Source: Eledone cirrhosa (lineage: Eukaryota). From it: a stretch of 64,000 nucleotides of DNA. The notes beneath the pieces were generated by a model. The model was not told the DNA's origin and did not search any database. It was given only the letters and a program-made list of their open reading frames with translations. A program made the position numbers and the translations under genes. The stretch is taken from contig OZ024752.1 in assembly GCA_964016885.1 (NCBI GenBank), positions 4,278,001 to 4,342,000 on the forward strand. Direction: 5' to 3'. Shown one piece after another: positions 49,043 through 63,059 of the stretch (within the stretch, counting starts at the first letter, position 1; each line of letters begins with the position of its first letter).

Positions 49043-49557
49043 CCCTTTATAATAAATGCCTTCAGAAATTATGTGGGACCTCATCCTTAAGATTAACTCC
49101 CATTACTGAGCTCTTCACAACTTATTCCTATTTGTATTGCTGAGTGCAGGAATGAATTCAATCACACGAACTTGATAAAAGCATCACCATGTTCAAGAAT
49201 TCTTATAAATCATATATTAGCAGTTATGTTAGTTAAACTACATGAACCTTCTCTAATTCAGTGCAATCCTGAGCTATATGTTACATTGTAGATTCTGTGC
49301 TACAGCTCTGCAGATTGCACCAGTACAAGAATTGCTTCAGTTCCAGGAATACAAACTACACATGTCCTGCTGTGGAAATTATTGTAGCACTTCTTATTAA
49401 TGGCATTTACTAAGTAGGCAATAACTTCTAAATTGGTAATAAATGACCATCCTTTTCCTTACTGGTTGTATTTTATGATAATGATACGAGTGGAGAGTGG
49501 CTGTACTGGAAAAGAGGTGTCCAACACATGTATACATGGAGAAGCAGATATAAAATA

Positions 49558-49715
49558 ATGTTTTCAGATTCAGGCACAAGGCCAGCAATGTTGGGGGAGG
49601 GAAAGTTGATTAAATCGACCCCAGTTCGTTACTGGTACTTTATTTTATCAACCTCATAAGTATGAAAGGCAAAGCTAAACTCGGCGGGATTTGAACTCAG
49701 AGCATAAAGGGCTGT
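49558..49715 (-). mobile_element. tRNA-SINE family A variant
   Basis: Family consensus match. Confidence 0.8.
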
Positions 49716-50573
49716 AATAATGATAATAATTTGGTGAGTGCATGTTGCATGCTGCAACCCAGTGACTTAGCTAAAGTGTGTGTCACCCAGGACAGCCCTT
49801 CAGTTTGCTGCTCCTCACCCCCACAAAAAATACATATTGCTTATAATTGTACACAGACTAGTTCATATATATATATTAACTAGTCTGTGTACAATTATAA
49901 TATTATGCTGCAGCATTAAAAGAATGCCTACAGCTGACCCAAAAGTGGTACCCCCATAAAAGTACCCCCCTTGCCCTCATCTAGCTATGCTACTTGTGCA
50001 ACCATACAATTCTTTGTCATTTTATCAAATAAATTATTATATTTAATTGCACTATTTAGACACAAATATGTAATGATAGGATTTAATCTTATGATACGTC
50101 TGACAAGAAAATACAGGAAATGACAAACATTTGATAAAACTCTGGTACTGCATAACTGCTAATATAGTCATATTTTAACCCTGGGATGTCTTGTACTCTC
50201 ACTTACTTTACACCATGAAAGACAGATTTAGACTTTAGACATTATATTAGCGTTTTGTATCAAGAGAGAATATTTAAGTTGTGCATTCTAGTTAGCTAAG
50301 TAATAAGCTATATATTATGGAAATGGTGTAATGGCTGTGGTATGTAGGATTTGTGTGTTTTCCATTTGATATAAAACAGAACCAGGACTTATAGCTGAAA
50401 AGTTCCCATTTTCAAATTTGCTGCATAATTTATTGCATTTAAATGTATGATACATCATCCATAAGGAAAATATGAAAGCTTTAAGTAAAGAATTAAGTAG
50501 TAGGAACATGTATTGACACCTGCTAACTGATCCATATATATTGTGTCATAACTATGCAGTTATATATATAGTA

Positions 50574-50760
50574 TAGTTTCTACGTTTGGCACAAGGCCAG
50601 CGATTACCCCAGTGCATCACTGGTACTTTATTTTATCGACCCCGTAAGGATGAGAGGCAAAGTTAACCTTGGCGGAGTTGAACTCAGAACACAATGGGCC
50701 ATAACTCTATGCTGCAAAGCATGGTGTCTGACTCTCTAACGATACTGCCAAACCACCACC
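50574..50760 (-). mobile_element. tRNA-SINE family A
   Basis: Family consensus match. Confidence 0.85.
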
Positions 50761-50783
50761 CTTTTACACATATATATATATGT

Positions 50784-51034
50784 AGTTTCCTTGAGCAAGA
50801 CACTTTATTTCACATTGCTCCAGTTTACTCAGCTGTAGAAATGAGATGATAGGGCCTGGGGTCCATATCATTCCACTGCAAAGTGGTCGTAGAGGCGCCA
50901 CGACAAAAAAGCATCCAGCACTCACTGTAAATGAGGTTGGTGTTAGGAAGGGCATCCAGCTGTAGAAATCAAGCAAAAATCAGTTCCCGTCCCACCCTTT
51001 CCAGCAGGGAAAAGCGGACGTAAAATGATGATGA
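50784..51034 (+). mobile_element. 5'-truncated SINE family B with RTE tail
   Basis: Matches 23460-23700 in reverse; (GAT)n tail; TA flanks. Confidence 0.88.
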
Positions 51035-51132
51035 TATATATGTATGTAAAAGGTAAACAGAAATAACAACACAATCGGTACAGTATATGGAAGGAATATA
51101 TTAGGTTAACGCTTGGAATAGCAGGAAGAGGG

Positions 51133-51168
51133 TCTTAACGCTTCGGATGCTAGTCCTTCATCAGAAGA
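51133..51168 (-). ncRNA. Minimal hammerhead, GAAG variant
   Basis: tctt-CTGATGA-a-gga-ctagca-tcc-GAAG-cg-TT-aaga; same family as 34790. Confidence 0.6.
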
Positions 51169-52032
51169 AAGAATGAGAAATAAGATAGATTGGAGGGACG
51201 GGTAGGGTGGAATTGGAAAAAATGTCTTTAGATAAAAATAGCAGGTCCATTGATGTTGACATCTCTTGGAAAACTGTTGGTGCTGGCATTTTGTGTAGGA
51301 TTTATTTTTTTAGAAAAGTGTATGATGGAGCGCGTCTACCTGAAATGGAAAAAAACGGTTTTGTATAACGATCTATACTTGTGCATGTGCGTAAGCATAT
51401 GTGTGTCTTTGTGTCTGTGTGTGTTATTATACATCTGTACGAAGCTAAGAAGATATGTGTGTGTATATGTAAGTAAAAGAGTGTGTGTGTGCTTATTTTA
51501 AATATTGTTACATTTGGGGATAGTCATGTAGCCAATATTGCCAATACAAACACACACCCAATATAATTTTCACTTTATCCTTATCTTTATTGCTCATAAT
51601 TCATTCATCACACAATCTGTGACCTCCTCAATGACTATGTTTCGTGGCTCCTCTTTTTGTTGGTTTTAAATGTGATATTTTTTAAACTTTACTTTTATAT
51701 ATATATATAGCTAAATCAATAATAGATTCTAATTTTGGCACAAGGCCAGCAATTGTGGTGGAGTGAGGTGGGGTCTCGGAGAAGGAAAAGTTGATTAAAT
51801 CAACCCCAGTACAAGTCTAAAAAAAAATCTGAAGTCTGTCTTTAATCCCGCTCATCAGGCCAGTCCTTATCCCAGTTTCCATGACATGAAGCGACTGAGA
51901 GTACAAGACTTCCCCCTGGACAGAACACCAGTACATCACAGGGGTTTGAACTTAGAACATAAAGGGTTTTGCTCTATGCCATGAAGCATGTTGCTGACAC
52001 TCTACCAATAATGCCAATCCAATCCAATCAAT

Positions 52033-52221
52033 AATTGTTTCTACTTTAGGCACAAGGCTAGAAATTACCCAGGGCATTACTGGTACTTTATTTTATCGAC
52101 CCCGCAAGGATGAAAGGCAAAGTCAACCTCGGCGGGATTTGAACTCAGATCGTAAAGGGGGGTAACTCTATGCTGCAAAGCATGACGTCCGACACACTTC
52201 CGATACTGCCAATCCACTGCC
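52033..52221 (-). mobile_element. tRNA-SINE family A, full length
   Basis: Family consensus match. Confidence 0.9.
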
Positions 52222-52268
52222 CTAATAATAATAAAGAGCAGACAAGCTGTATATTGTCAGTTAAAGAA

Positions 52269-55200
52269 GGTAGCCCAACCCCTGCGGACAACATGGTAGC
52301 CCAACCCCTGCAGACAATATGGTAGCCCAACCCCTGCAGACAACATGCTAGCCCAACCCCTGCAGACAACAAGGTAGCCCAACCCCTGCAGACAATATGG
52401 TAGCCCAACCCCTGCAGACAATATTGTAGCCCAACCCCTTCAGACAACATGCTAGCCCAACCCCTGCAGACAACAAGGTAGCCCAACCCCTGCAGACAAT
52501 ATGCTAGCCCAACCCCTGCAGACAATATGGTAGCCCAACCCCTTCAGACAACATGGTAGCCCAACCCCTTCAGACAACATGCTAGCCCAACCCCTGCAGA
52601 CAATATGGTAGCCCAACCCCTGCAGACAACATGGTAGCCCAACCCCTGCAGACAACATGGTAGCCCAACCCCTGCAGACAACATGGTAGCCCAACCCCTG
52701 CAGACAACAAGGTAGCCCAACCCCTGCAGACAACATGGTAGCCCAACCCCTGCAGACAACATGCTAGCCCAACCCCTGCAGACAACATGGTAGCCCAACC
52801 CCTTCAGACAACATGCTAGCCCAACCCCTGCAGACAACATGGTAGCCCAACCCCTGCAGACAACATGCTAGCCCAACCCCTGCAGACAACATGGTAGCCC
52901 AACCCCTGCAGACAACATGGTAGCCCAACCCCTGCTGACAACATGGTAGCCCAACCCCTGCAGACAACATGGTAGCCCAACCCCTGCTGACAACATGGTA
53001 GCCCAACCCCTGCAGACAACATGGTAGCCCAACCCCTGCTGACAACATGGTAGCCCAACCCCTGCAGACAACATGCTAGCCCAACCCCTGCAGACAACAT
53101 GCTAGCCCAACCCCTGCTGACAACATGGTAGCCCAACCCCTGCAGACAACATGGTAGCCCAACCCCTGCAGACAACATGGTAGCCCAACCCCTGCAGACA
53201 ACATGGTAGCCCAACCCCTGCTGACAACATGGTAGCCCAACCCCTGCAGACAACATGGTAGCCCAACCCCTGCTGACAACATGGTAGCCCAACCCCTGCA
53301 GACAACATGCTAGCCCAACCCCTGCAGACAACATGGTAGCCCAACCCCTGCTGACAACATGGTAGCCCAACCCCTGCAGACAACATGGTAGCCCAACCCC
53401 TGCAGACAACATGGTAGCCCAACCCCTGCAGACAACATGGTAGCCCAACCCCTGCTGACAACATGGTAGCCCAACCCCTGCAGACAACATGGTAGCCCAA
53501 CCCCTGCAGACAACATGGTAGCCCAACCCCTGCAGACAACATGGTAGCCCAACCCCTGCAGACAACATGGTAGCCCAACCCCTGCTGACAACATGGTAGC
53601 CCAACCCCTGCAGACAACATGGTAGCCCAACCCCTGCAGACAACATGGTAGCCCAACCCCTGCTGACAACATGGTAGCCCAACCCCTGCAGACAACATGG
53701 TAGCCCAACCCCTGCAGACAACATGCTAGCCCAACCCCTGCAGACAACATGGTAGCCCAACCCCTGCAGACAACATGGTAGCCCAACCCCTGCAGACAAC
53801 ATGCTAGCCCAACCCCTGCAGACAACATGGTAGCCCAACCCCTGCAGACAACATGCTAGCCCAACCCCTGCAGACAACATGGTAGCCCAACCCCTGCAGA
53901 CAATATGGTAGCCCAACCCCTGCAGACAATATGCTAGCCCAACCCCTGCAGACAACATGGTAGCCCAACCCCTGCAGACAACATGCTAGCCCAACCCCTG
54001 CAGACAACATGGTAGCCCAACCCCTGCAGACAACATGCTAGCCCAACCCCTGCAGACAACATGCTAGCCCAACCCCTGCAGACAATATGGTAGCCCAACC
54101 CCTGCAGACAATATGCTAGCCCAACCCCTGCAGACAACATGGTAGCCCAACCCCTGCAGACAATATGGTAGCCCAACCCCTGCAGACAACATGGTAGCCC
54201 AACCCCTGCAGACAACATGGTAGCCCAACCCCTGCAGACAATATGGTAGCCCAACCCCTGCAGACAATATGGTAGCCCAACCCCTGCTGACAACATGGTA
54301 GCCCAACCCCTGCAGACAATATGCTAGCCCAACCCCTGCAGACAACATGGTAGCCCAACCCCTGCAGACAATATGGTAGCCCAACCCCTGCAGACAATAT
54401 GGTAGCCCAACCCCTGCAGACAACATGGTAGCCCAACCCCTGCAGACAACATGGTAGCCCAACCCCTGCAGACAACATGCTAGCCCAACCCCTGCAGACA
54501 ACATGGTAGCCCAACCCCTGCAGACAACAAGGTAGCCCAACCCCTGCAGACAACATGGTAGCCCAACCCCTGCAGACAATATGGTAGCCCAACCCCTGCA
54601 GACAACATGCTAGCCCAACCCCTGCAGACAACATGGTAGCCCAACCCCTGCAGACAACATGCTAGCCCAACCCCTGCAGACAACATGGTAGCCCAACCCC
54701 TGCTGACAACATGGTAGCCCAACCCCTGCAGACAACATGGTAGCCCAACCCCTGCAGACAACATGGTAGCCCAACCCCTGCTGACAACAAGGTAGCCCAA
54801 CCCCTGCAGACAACATGGTAGCCCAACCCCTGCTGACAACATGGTAGCCCAACCCCTGCTGACAACATGGTAGCCCAACCCCTGCAGACAACATGGTAGC
54901 CCAACCCCTGCAGACAACATGGTAGCCCAACCCCTGCTGACAACAAGGTAGCCCAACCCCTGCAGACAACATGGTAGCCCAACCCCTGCTGACAACATGG
55001 TAGCCCAACCCCTGCAGACAACATGGTAGCCCAACCCCTGCAGACAACATGGTAGCCCAACCCCTGCTGACAACAAGGTAGCCCAACCCCTGCAGACAAC
55101 ATGGTAGCCCAACCCCTGCAGACAACATGGTAGCCCAACCCCTGCAGACAACATGGTAGCCCAACCCCTGCTGACAACAAGGTAGCCCAACCCCTGCAGA

Positions 55201-58200
55201 CAACATGGTAGCCCAACCCCTGCTGACAACATGGTAGCCCAACCCCTGCAGACAACATGGTAGCCCAACCCCTGCAGACAACATGGTAGCCCAACCCCTG
55301 CTGACAACAAGGTAGCCCAACCCCTGCTGACAACATGGTAGCCCAACCCCTGCTGACAACATGGTAGCCCAACCCCTGCAGACAACATGGTAGCCCAACC
55401 CCTGCTGACAACATGGTAGCCCAACCCCTGCAGACAACATGGTAGCCCAACCCCTGCAGACAACATGGTAGCCCAACCCCTGCAGACAACATGGTAGCCC
55501 AACCCCTGCAGACAATATGGTAGCCCAACCCCTGCAGACAACATGCTAGCCCAACCCCTGCAGACAACATGGTAGCCCAACCCCTGCTGACAACATGGTA
55601 GCCCAACCCCTGCAGACAATATGGTAGCCCAACCCCTGCAGACAACATGCTAGCCCAACCCCTGCAGACAACATGGTAGCCCAACCCCTGCTGACAACAT
55701 GGTAGCCCAACCCCTGCAGACAATATGGTAGCCCAACCCCTGCAGACAACATGGTAGCCCAACCCCTGCAGACAACATGGTAGCCCAACCCCTGCAGACA
55801 ACATGGTAGCCCAACCCCTGCAGACAACATGGTAGCCCAACCCCTGCAGACAACATGCTAGCCCAACCCCTGCAGACAACATGGTAGCCCAACCCCTGCA
55901 GACAACATGGTAGCCCAACCCCTGCAGACAATATGGTAGCCCAACCCCTGCAGACAACATGCTAGCCCAACCCCTGCAGACAACATGGTAGCCCAACCCC
56001 TGCAGACAACAAGGTAGCCCAACCCCTGCAGACAACATGGTAGCCCAACCCCTGCAGACAATATGGTAGCCCAACCCCTGCAGACAACATGGTAGCCCAA
56101 CCCCTGCAGACAACATGGTAGCCCAACCCCTGCAGACAACATGGTAGCCCAACCCCTGCTGACAACATGGTAGCCCAACCCCTGCAGACAACATGGTAGC
56201 CCAACCCCTGCAGACAACATGCTAGCCCAACCCCTGCAGACAACATGGTAGCCCAACCCCTGCAGACAACATGGTAGCCCAACCCCTGCAGACAACATGG
56301 TAGCCCAACCCCTGCAGACAATATGGTAGCCCAACCCCTGCAGACAACATGCTAGCCCAACCCCTGCAGACAATATGGTAGCCCAACCCCTGCAGACAAC
56401 ATGCTAGCCCAACCCCTGCAGACAACATGGTAGCCCAACCCCTGCAGACAACATGGTAGCCCAACCCCTGCAGACAATATGGTAGCCCAACCCCTGCAGA
56501 CAACATGCTAGCCCAACCCCTGCAGACAACATGGTAGCCCAACCCCTGCAGACAACATGGTAGCCCAACGCCTGCAGACAATATGGTAGCCCAACCCCTG
56601 CAGACAACATGCTAGCCCAACCCCTGCAGACAACATGGTAGCCCAACCCCTGCAGACAACAAGGTAGCCCAACCCCTGCAGACAACATGGTAGCCCAACC
56701 CCTGCAGACAATATGGTAGCCCAACCCCTGCAGACAACATGCTAGCCCAACCCCTGCAGACAACATGGTAGCCCAACCCCTGCTGACAACATGGTAGCCC
56801 AACCCCTGCAGACAACATGGTAGCCCAACCCCTGCTGACAACATGGTAGCCCAACCCCTGCAGACAACATGGTAGCCCAACCCCTGCAGACAACATGGTA
56901 GCCCAACCCCTGCTGACAACATGGTAGCCCAACCCCTGCAGACAACATGGTAGCCCAACCCCTGCAGACAACATGGTAGCCCAACCCCTGCAGACAACAT
57001 GGTAGCCCAACCCCTGCAGACAACATGCTAGCCCAACCCCTGCAGACAACATGGTAGCCCAACCCCTGCAGACAACAAGGTAGCCCAACCCCTGCAGACA
57101 ACATGGTAGCCCAACCCCTGCAGACAATATGGTAGCCCAACCCCTGCAGACAACATGCTAGCCCAACCCCTGCAGACAACATGGTAGCCCAACCCCTGCA
57201 GACAACATGGTAGCCCAACCCCTGCTGACAACATGGTAGCCCAACCCCTGCAGACAACATGGTAGCCCAACCCCTGCAGACAACATGGTAGCCCAACCCC
57301 TGCAGACAACATGGTAGCCCAACCCCTGCTGACAACATGGTAGCCCAACCCCTGCAGACAACATGGTAGCCCAACCCCTGCAGACAACATGGTAGCCCAA
57401 CCCCTGCAGACAACATGGTAGCCCAACCCCTGCAGACAACAAGGTAGCCCAACCCCTGCAGACAACATGGTAGCCCAACCCCTGCAGACAACATGGTAGC
57501 CCAACCCCTGCAGACAACATGCTAGCCCAACCCCTGCAGACAACATGGTAGCCCAACCCCTGCAGACAACATGGTAGCCCAACCCCTGCAGACAACATGG
57601 TAGCCCAACCCCTGCAGACAACATGCTAGCCCAACCCCTGCAGACAACATGGTAGCCCAACCCCTGCAGACAACAAGGTAGCCCAACCCCTGCAGACAAC
57701 ATGGTAGCCCAACCCCTGCAGACAATATGGTAGCCCAACCCCTGCAGACAACATGCTAGCCCAACCCCTGCAGACAACATGGTAGCCCAACCCCTGCAGA
57801 CAACATGGTAGCCCAACCCCTGCTGACAACATGGTAGCCCAACCCCTGCAGACAACATGGTAGCCCAACCCCTGCAGACAACATGGTAGCCCAACCCCTG
57901 CAGACAATATGGTAGCCCAACCCCTGCAGACAACATGCTAGCCCAACCCCTGCAGACAACATGCTAGCCCAACCCCTGCAGACAACATGGTAGCCCAACC
58001 CCTGCAGACAACAAGGTAGCCCAACCCCTGCAGACAACATGGTAGCCCAACCCCTGCAGACAATATGGTAGCCCAACCCCTGCAGACAACATGCTAGCCC
58101 AACCCCTGCAGACAACATGGTAGCCCAACCCCTGCAGACAACATGCTAGCCCAACCCCTGCAGACAACATGGTAGCCCAACCCCTGCAGACAACATGGTA

Positions 58201-59500
58201 GCCCAACCCCTGCAGACAACATGGTAGCCCAACCCCTGCTGACAACATGGTAGCCCAACCCCTGCAGACAACATGGTAGCCCAACCCCTGCTGACAACAT
58301 GGTAGCCCAACCCCTGCTGACAACATGGTAGCCCAACCCCTGCAGACAACATGCTAGCCCAACCCCTGCAGACAACATGGTAGCCCAACCCCTGCAGACA
58401 ACATGGTAGCCCAACCCCTGCAGACAACATGGTAGCCCAACCCCTGCAGACAACATGGTAGCCCAACCCCTGCAGACAACATGGTAGCCCAACCCCTGCT
58501 GACAACATGCTAGCCCAACCCCTGCAGACAACATGGTAGCCCAACCCCTGCAGACAACATGGTAGCCCAACCCCTGCAGACAATATGGTAGCCCAACCCC
58601 TGCAGACAATATGCTAGCCCAACCCCTGCAGACAACATGGTAGCCCAACCCCTGCAGACAACAAGGTAGCCCAACCCCTGCAGACAACATGCTAGCCCAA
58701 CCCCTGCAGACAACATGGTAGCCCAACCCCTGCAGACAACATGGTAGCCCAACCCCTGCAGACAACATGCTAGCCCAACCCCTGCAGACAACATGCTATC
58801 CCAACCCCTGCAGACAACATGGTAGCCCAACCCCTGCAGACAACATGGTAGCCCAACCCCTGCAGACAACATGGTAGCCCAACCCCTGCAGACAACAAGG
58901 TAGCCCAACCCCTGCAGACAACATGGTAGCCCAACCCCTGCAGACAACATGGTAGCCCAACCCCTGCAGACAACATGCTAGCCCAACCCCTGCAGACAAC
59001 ATGCTAGCCCAACCCCTGCTGACAACATGGTAGCCCAACCCCTGCAGACAACATGCTAGCCCAACCCCTGCAGACAACATGGTAGCCCAACCCCTGCAGA
59101 CAACATGGTAGCCCAACCCCTGCAGACAACATGGTAGCCCAACCCCTGCAGACAACATGCTAGCCCAACCCCTGCAGACAACAAGGTAGCCCAACCCCTG
59201 CAGACAACATGGTAGCCCAACCCCTGCAGACAACATGGTAGCCCAACCCCTGCAGACAACAAGGTAGCCCAACCCCTGCAGACAACATGGTAGCCCAACC
59301 CCTGCAGACAACATGGTAGCCCAACCCCTGCAGACAACATGGTAGCCCAACCCCTGCAGACAACATGCTAGCCCAACCCCTGCAGACAACAAGGTAGCCC
59401 AACCCCTGCAGACAACATGGTAGCCCAACCCCTGCAGACAACATGGTAGCCCAACCCCTGCAGACAACAAGGTAGCCCAACCCCTGCAGACAACATGCTA
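52269..59500. repeat. 26-bp minisatellite, about 278 copies (7.2 kb)
   Basis: Unit ggtagcccaacccctgcagacaacat with no visible indels; all MLSAGVGLPCC ORFs are artefacts. Confidence 0.99.
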
Positions 59501-59580
59501 TATGTAGTGACAGCAAGAATAGCCAGTGATATCTATTTCATTGAACTTCTTCCTCAGTGTTGATCTTCTCAGTCCTGTTT

Positions 59581-60205
59581 GACTGGGAGACAGAGAGAGT
59601 GTGTGAGGATGAGAGAGAGAGAGACTGGGAGACAGAGAGAGTGTGTGAGGATGAGAGAGAGAGAGACTGGGAGACAGAGAGAGTGTGTGAGGATGAGAGA
59701 GAGAGAGACTGGGAGACAGAGAGAGTGTGTGAGGATGAGAGAGAGAGAGACTGGGAGACAGAGAGAGTGTGTGAGGATGAGAGAGAGAGAGACTGGGAGA
59801 CAGAGAGAGTGTGTGAGGATGAGAGAGAGAGAGACTGGGAGACAGAGAGAGTGTGTGAGGATGAGAGAGAGAGAGACTGGGAGACAGAGAGAGTGTGTGA
59901 GGATGAGAGAGAGAGAGACTGGGAGACAGAGAGAGTGTGTGAGGATGAGAGAGAGAGAGACAGGGAGAGAGGGTGTGTGTGAGGATGAGAGAGAGAGAGA
60001 GACTGGGAGACAGAGAGAGAGGGTGTGTGTGAGGATGAGAGAGAGAGAGAGACTGGGAGACAGAGAGAGTGTGTGTGTGAGGATGAGAGAGAGAGAGAGA
60101 CTGGGAGACAGAGAGAGTGTGTGTGTGAGGAAGAGAGAGAGAGAGTGTGTGAGAGTGAGGAAGAGAGAGAGTGAGAAAGAGAGTGTGGAAGAGAGAGAGA
60201 GAGAA
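59581..60205. repeat. 42-bp GA-rich tandem repeat, decaying 3'
   Basis: gactgggagacagagagagtgtgtgaggatgagagagagaga, about 9 perfect plus several diverged copies. Confidence 0.95.
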
Positions 60206-61892
60206 GGAGCTTATTAAGGTTGATCCTGTAGCCTATAGAATCAGCTATAATATACTAGTAATGTCTACTCTGGTACTCGGGTTGCTTTTGTAGAGACTTG
60301 AGTTTACATGGTGAATATTGTGTATGTGTATGTGCATGATTATATGTGTGTGCATATATGTATGTGTATGTGTGTACATGTGTGTGCATATATGTATGTG
60401 TATGTGTGTACATGTGTGTGCATATATGCATGTGTACATTTGTAGATATGTATGTATGTGTATTATGCTCATATGCATGTATACATGTGTACATGTGTGG
60501 ATATATTTGTATGCATGTATGTGTATGTGTACATGTGTGTGCATATATGTACGTGTGTGTGTGTACATGTGTGTGTATATATGTATGTGTGTACATGTGT
60601 AGATGTGGATGTATATGTATGCATGTATATGTATCTGTGCATATGTAGTATGTGTGTAAAGCATGTAAGCAGTAGTGAAGTGTAGATAGGTGAGTCTGTA
60701 GTTGATATTTATAATCATGTCTGTAATGTCGGCACTAGCAACTGGTTCTTCATACAGGAACCAGATGTGGTCTTTAATCAAACTCCCTCTCTCTCTTCTT
60801 TGCTTTCTTATCATCTGCTTCAATTGAAAAGGCTCACCCACTATCACCAGTCCCCTGTATAAATATATGTGTGTGCCGGAGCCAGTGAGGAGAGGCCTTT
60901 TATGTGATCATGACATCTTAACGCTTCCTTCTTGACTCTCTCATAATGGAATGTAGGGTAGTGTTGTAGTTTAGCTCCAGGTTAAGCTTAAGTGGAAACC
61001 AATGTATGTATGAACAAAGGTATTCCAGTTATGACTTTTCAATGCTTTTCGGGGGTTTTTGGAGGTGAGTGAGAACATTACTTAATGTGTTCTAATGTTC
61101 TAATGTTCTTATATAAAATAGTAGGGTGTAATTTGGGGGAGATTTGGTTGTTATATCTAGCAATGACAGTAAATTGGTTTATCAGAAGAGTGAAAAACAA
61201 AATACTTTGTAATATTATTTCTGGCTCTCTTTGCTCTGAATTCAAATATTCCTGATGTCAAATTTGAATTTAAATTTTTCATCCTTTTGAGCTAAATAAA
61301 ATAGTAGCAGCTCAGAGAAGTGGATCAGTTGGCAGAAACAGTGGAACTTTAGACAAGATGTCCTGTGCCATCTGACTGCTTATAGTCAGATGACACAGGC
61401 TAGTAGACTTAATCTGTCATCTCGTTGAACACAGAATCGGTAAATGAAGAAAACTTTTATCATTTTTAAGGTTTTTCAGCCTATTTCATAAGCTACATCT
61501 CCACACAAGAGCACACTACTCTTTATGTGCAATGTAAATGTGAGAGAAAGGCAGAGCTTGGATGTGGTGATGAAAAAGCTGGGCTTAAGAGGAATCCAAA
61601 GTGGTGTGCAGGAGAGAGGTCTGCTTTGGTACAGACAAGTGATGTGAATGGATGATGATTGCTGGATGAAGAAGTGTCAGGAAATCCCAGTGGAAGGAAA
61701 CCGTAGTAGAGGAAGACCAAGAAAGACCTGGGAAGAGATGGTAAGCACTGACTTCAAATCACTGAGACTGACAAAAAAAAACACAGCGGGTGCTGAGAAG
61801 GATTCTGTGTTGAGAAGGACCTGTTCCGCCCATGCAAGTGAAGAGAAGGGGATGTAAAAACAAAGATGATGATATATATGCATATATATATA

Positions 61893-62062
61893 TATCATCA
61901 TCATCATCATCATCAGGTTTAGCGTCCGTGTTCCACGCTTGCATGGGTTTGGACGGGGGTTTTCCCACTTGAGGCAAGACTGGTTGTCCTGCTCGTATAG
62001 GACTGTCTGGCGGGTTTTCTACAGTTGGATGCCCTTCCTAACACCAACCACATTTACAGTGT
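61893..62062 (-). mobile_element. RTE 3' UTR fragment between (TA)n tracts
   Basis: Matches 63060-63225. Confidence 0.85.
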
Positions 62063-62126
62063 GTATATATATATATATATACACATACATATACATATAT
62101 ATATACACATACATATATATATATAT

Positions 62127-62246
<120 letters not shown>

Positions 62247-62340
62247 GTATATATGTATATATATATATATGTATAGTTGAATATGTATATGTATATATAT
62301 GACAGTTGAAAATTGCAAACTTGACTGTCACCATACATTA

Positions 62341-62379
62341 TGAACCTGAAGATTGCGAAAGCATGAAAGTACTTGTTCA
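62341..62379 (+). ncRNA. 39-nt minimal hammerhead ribozyme (CUGAAGA)
   Basis: tgaac-CTGAAGA-t-tgc-gaaa-gca-t-GAAA-gtac-TT-gttca: perfect helix I, GAAA-capped helix II, palindromic GTAC helix-III loop. Confidence 0.88.
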
Positions 62380-62507
62380 ATTAACACTTAACATTTAATA
62401 TTCTATCATACTATTTCATTATAATACCATTATAAATTTTAAAGGATTGTAAATAAAACAAGTAAATCAGACAAAGTTGGAATTCCTTTTATTAATATAT
62501 ATATATA

Positions 62508-62635
62508 TGATGATTTCTAATGAATGAAACAGTTCTAGTCCTGTAGAATCTCATCTATATTAAAACTGTTATACTCTGCTATGTATTGAGTACCTTACTT
62601 ACTGTGGTTACCTCCGATTCAACCCGGAATAACGT
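62508..62635 (+). ncRNA. 5'-truncated hammerhead plus tail between (TA)n tracts
   Basis: (TA)n-TGATGA-t-ttc-taat-gaa-t-GAAA-cag-ttctagtc-ctg-TA-gaatc; ttgagtacc at 62586; homolog at 13283-13360. Confidence 0.65.
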
Positions 62636-62654
62636 ATATATATATATATATATA

Positions 62655-63033
<379 letters not shown>

Positions 63034-63059
63034 ATGTATGTATATATATATGTATATAT

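Larger units (their letters stand above)
47300..49340 (+). pseudogene. Decayed hAT transposase (KIAA1586/ZNF862-like type)
   Basis: MSVLIDEST (first catalytic Asp region), FMFLDL, WYYLNHRLEI (CxxH motif remnant), and an IPICIAEC hATC-like segment near 49120; many stops and nested insertions. Confidence 0.75.

Noticed and set aside
51848-51862. Minus-strand CTGATGA
   Set aside because: No helix II or GAAA downstream; part of a SINE-like tail
52269-59500. CRISPR-like array or Cys-rich repeat proteins
   Set aside because: Units are head-to-tail with no unique spacers, there are no cas genes, the context is eukaryotic, and the ORFs arise from a 26-bp period cycling through frames
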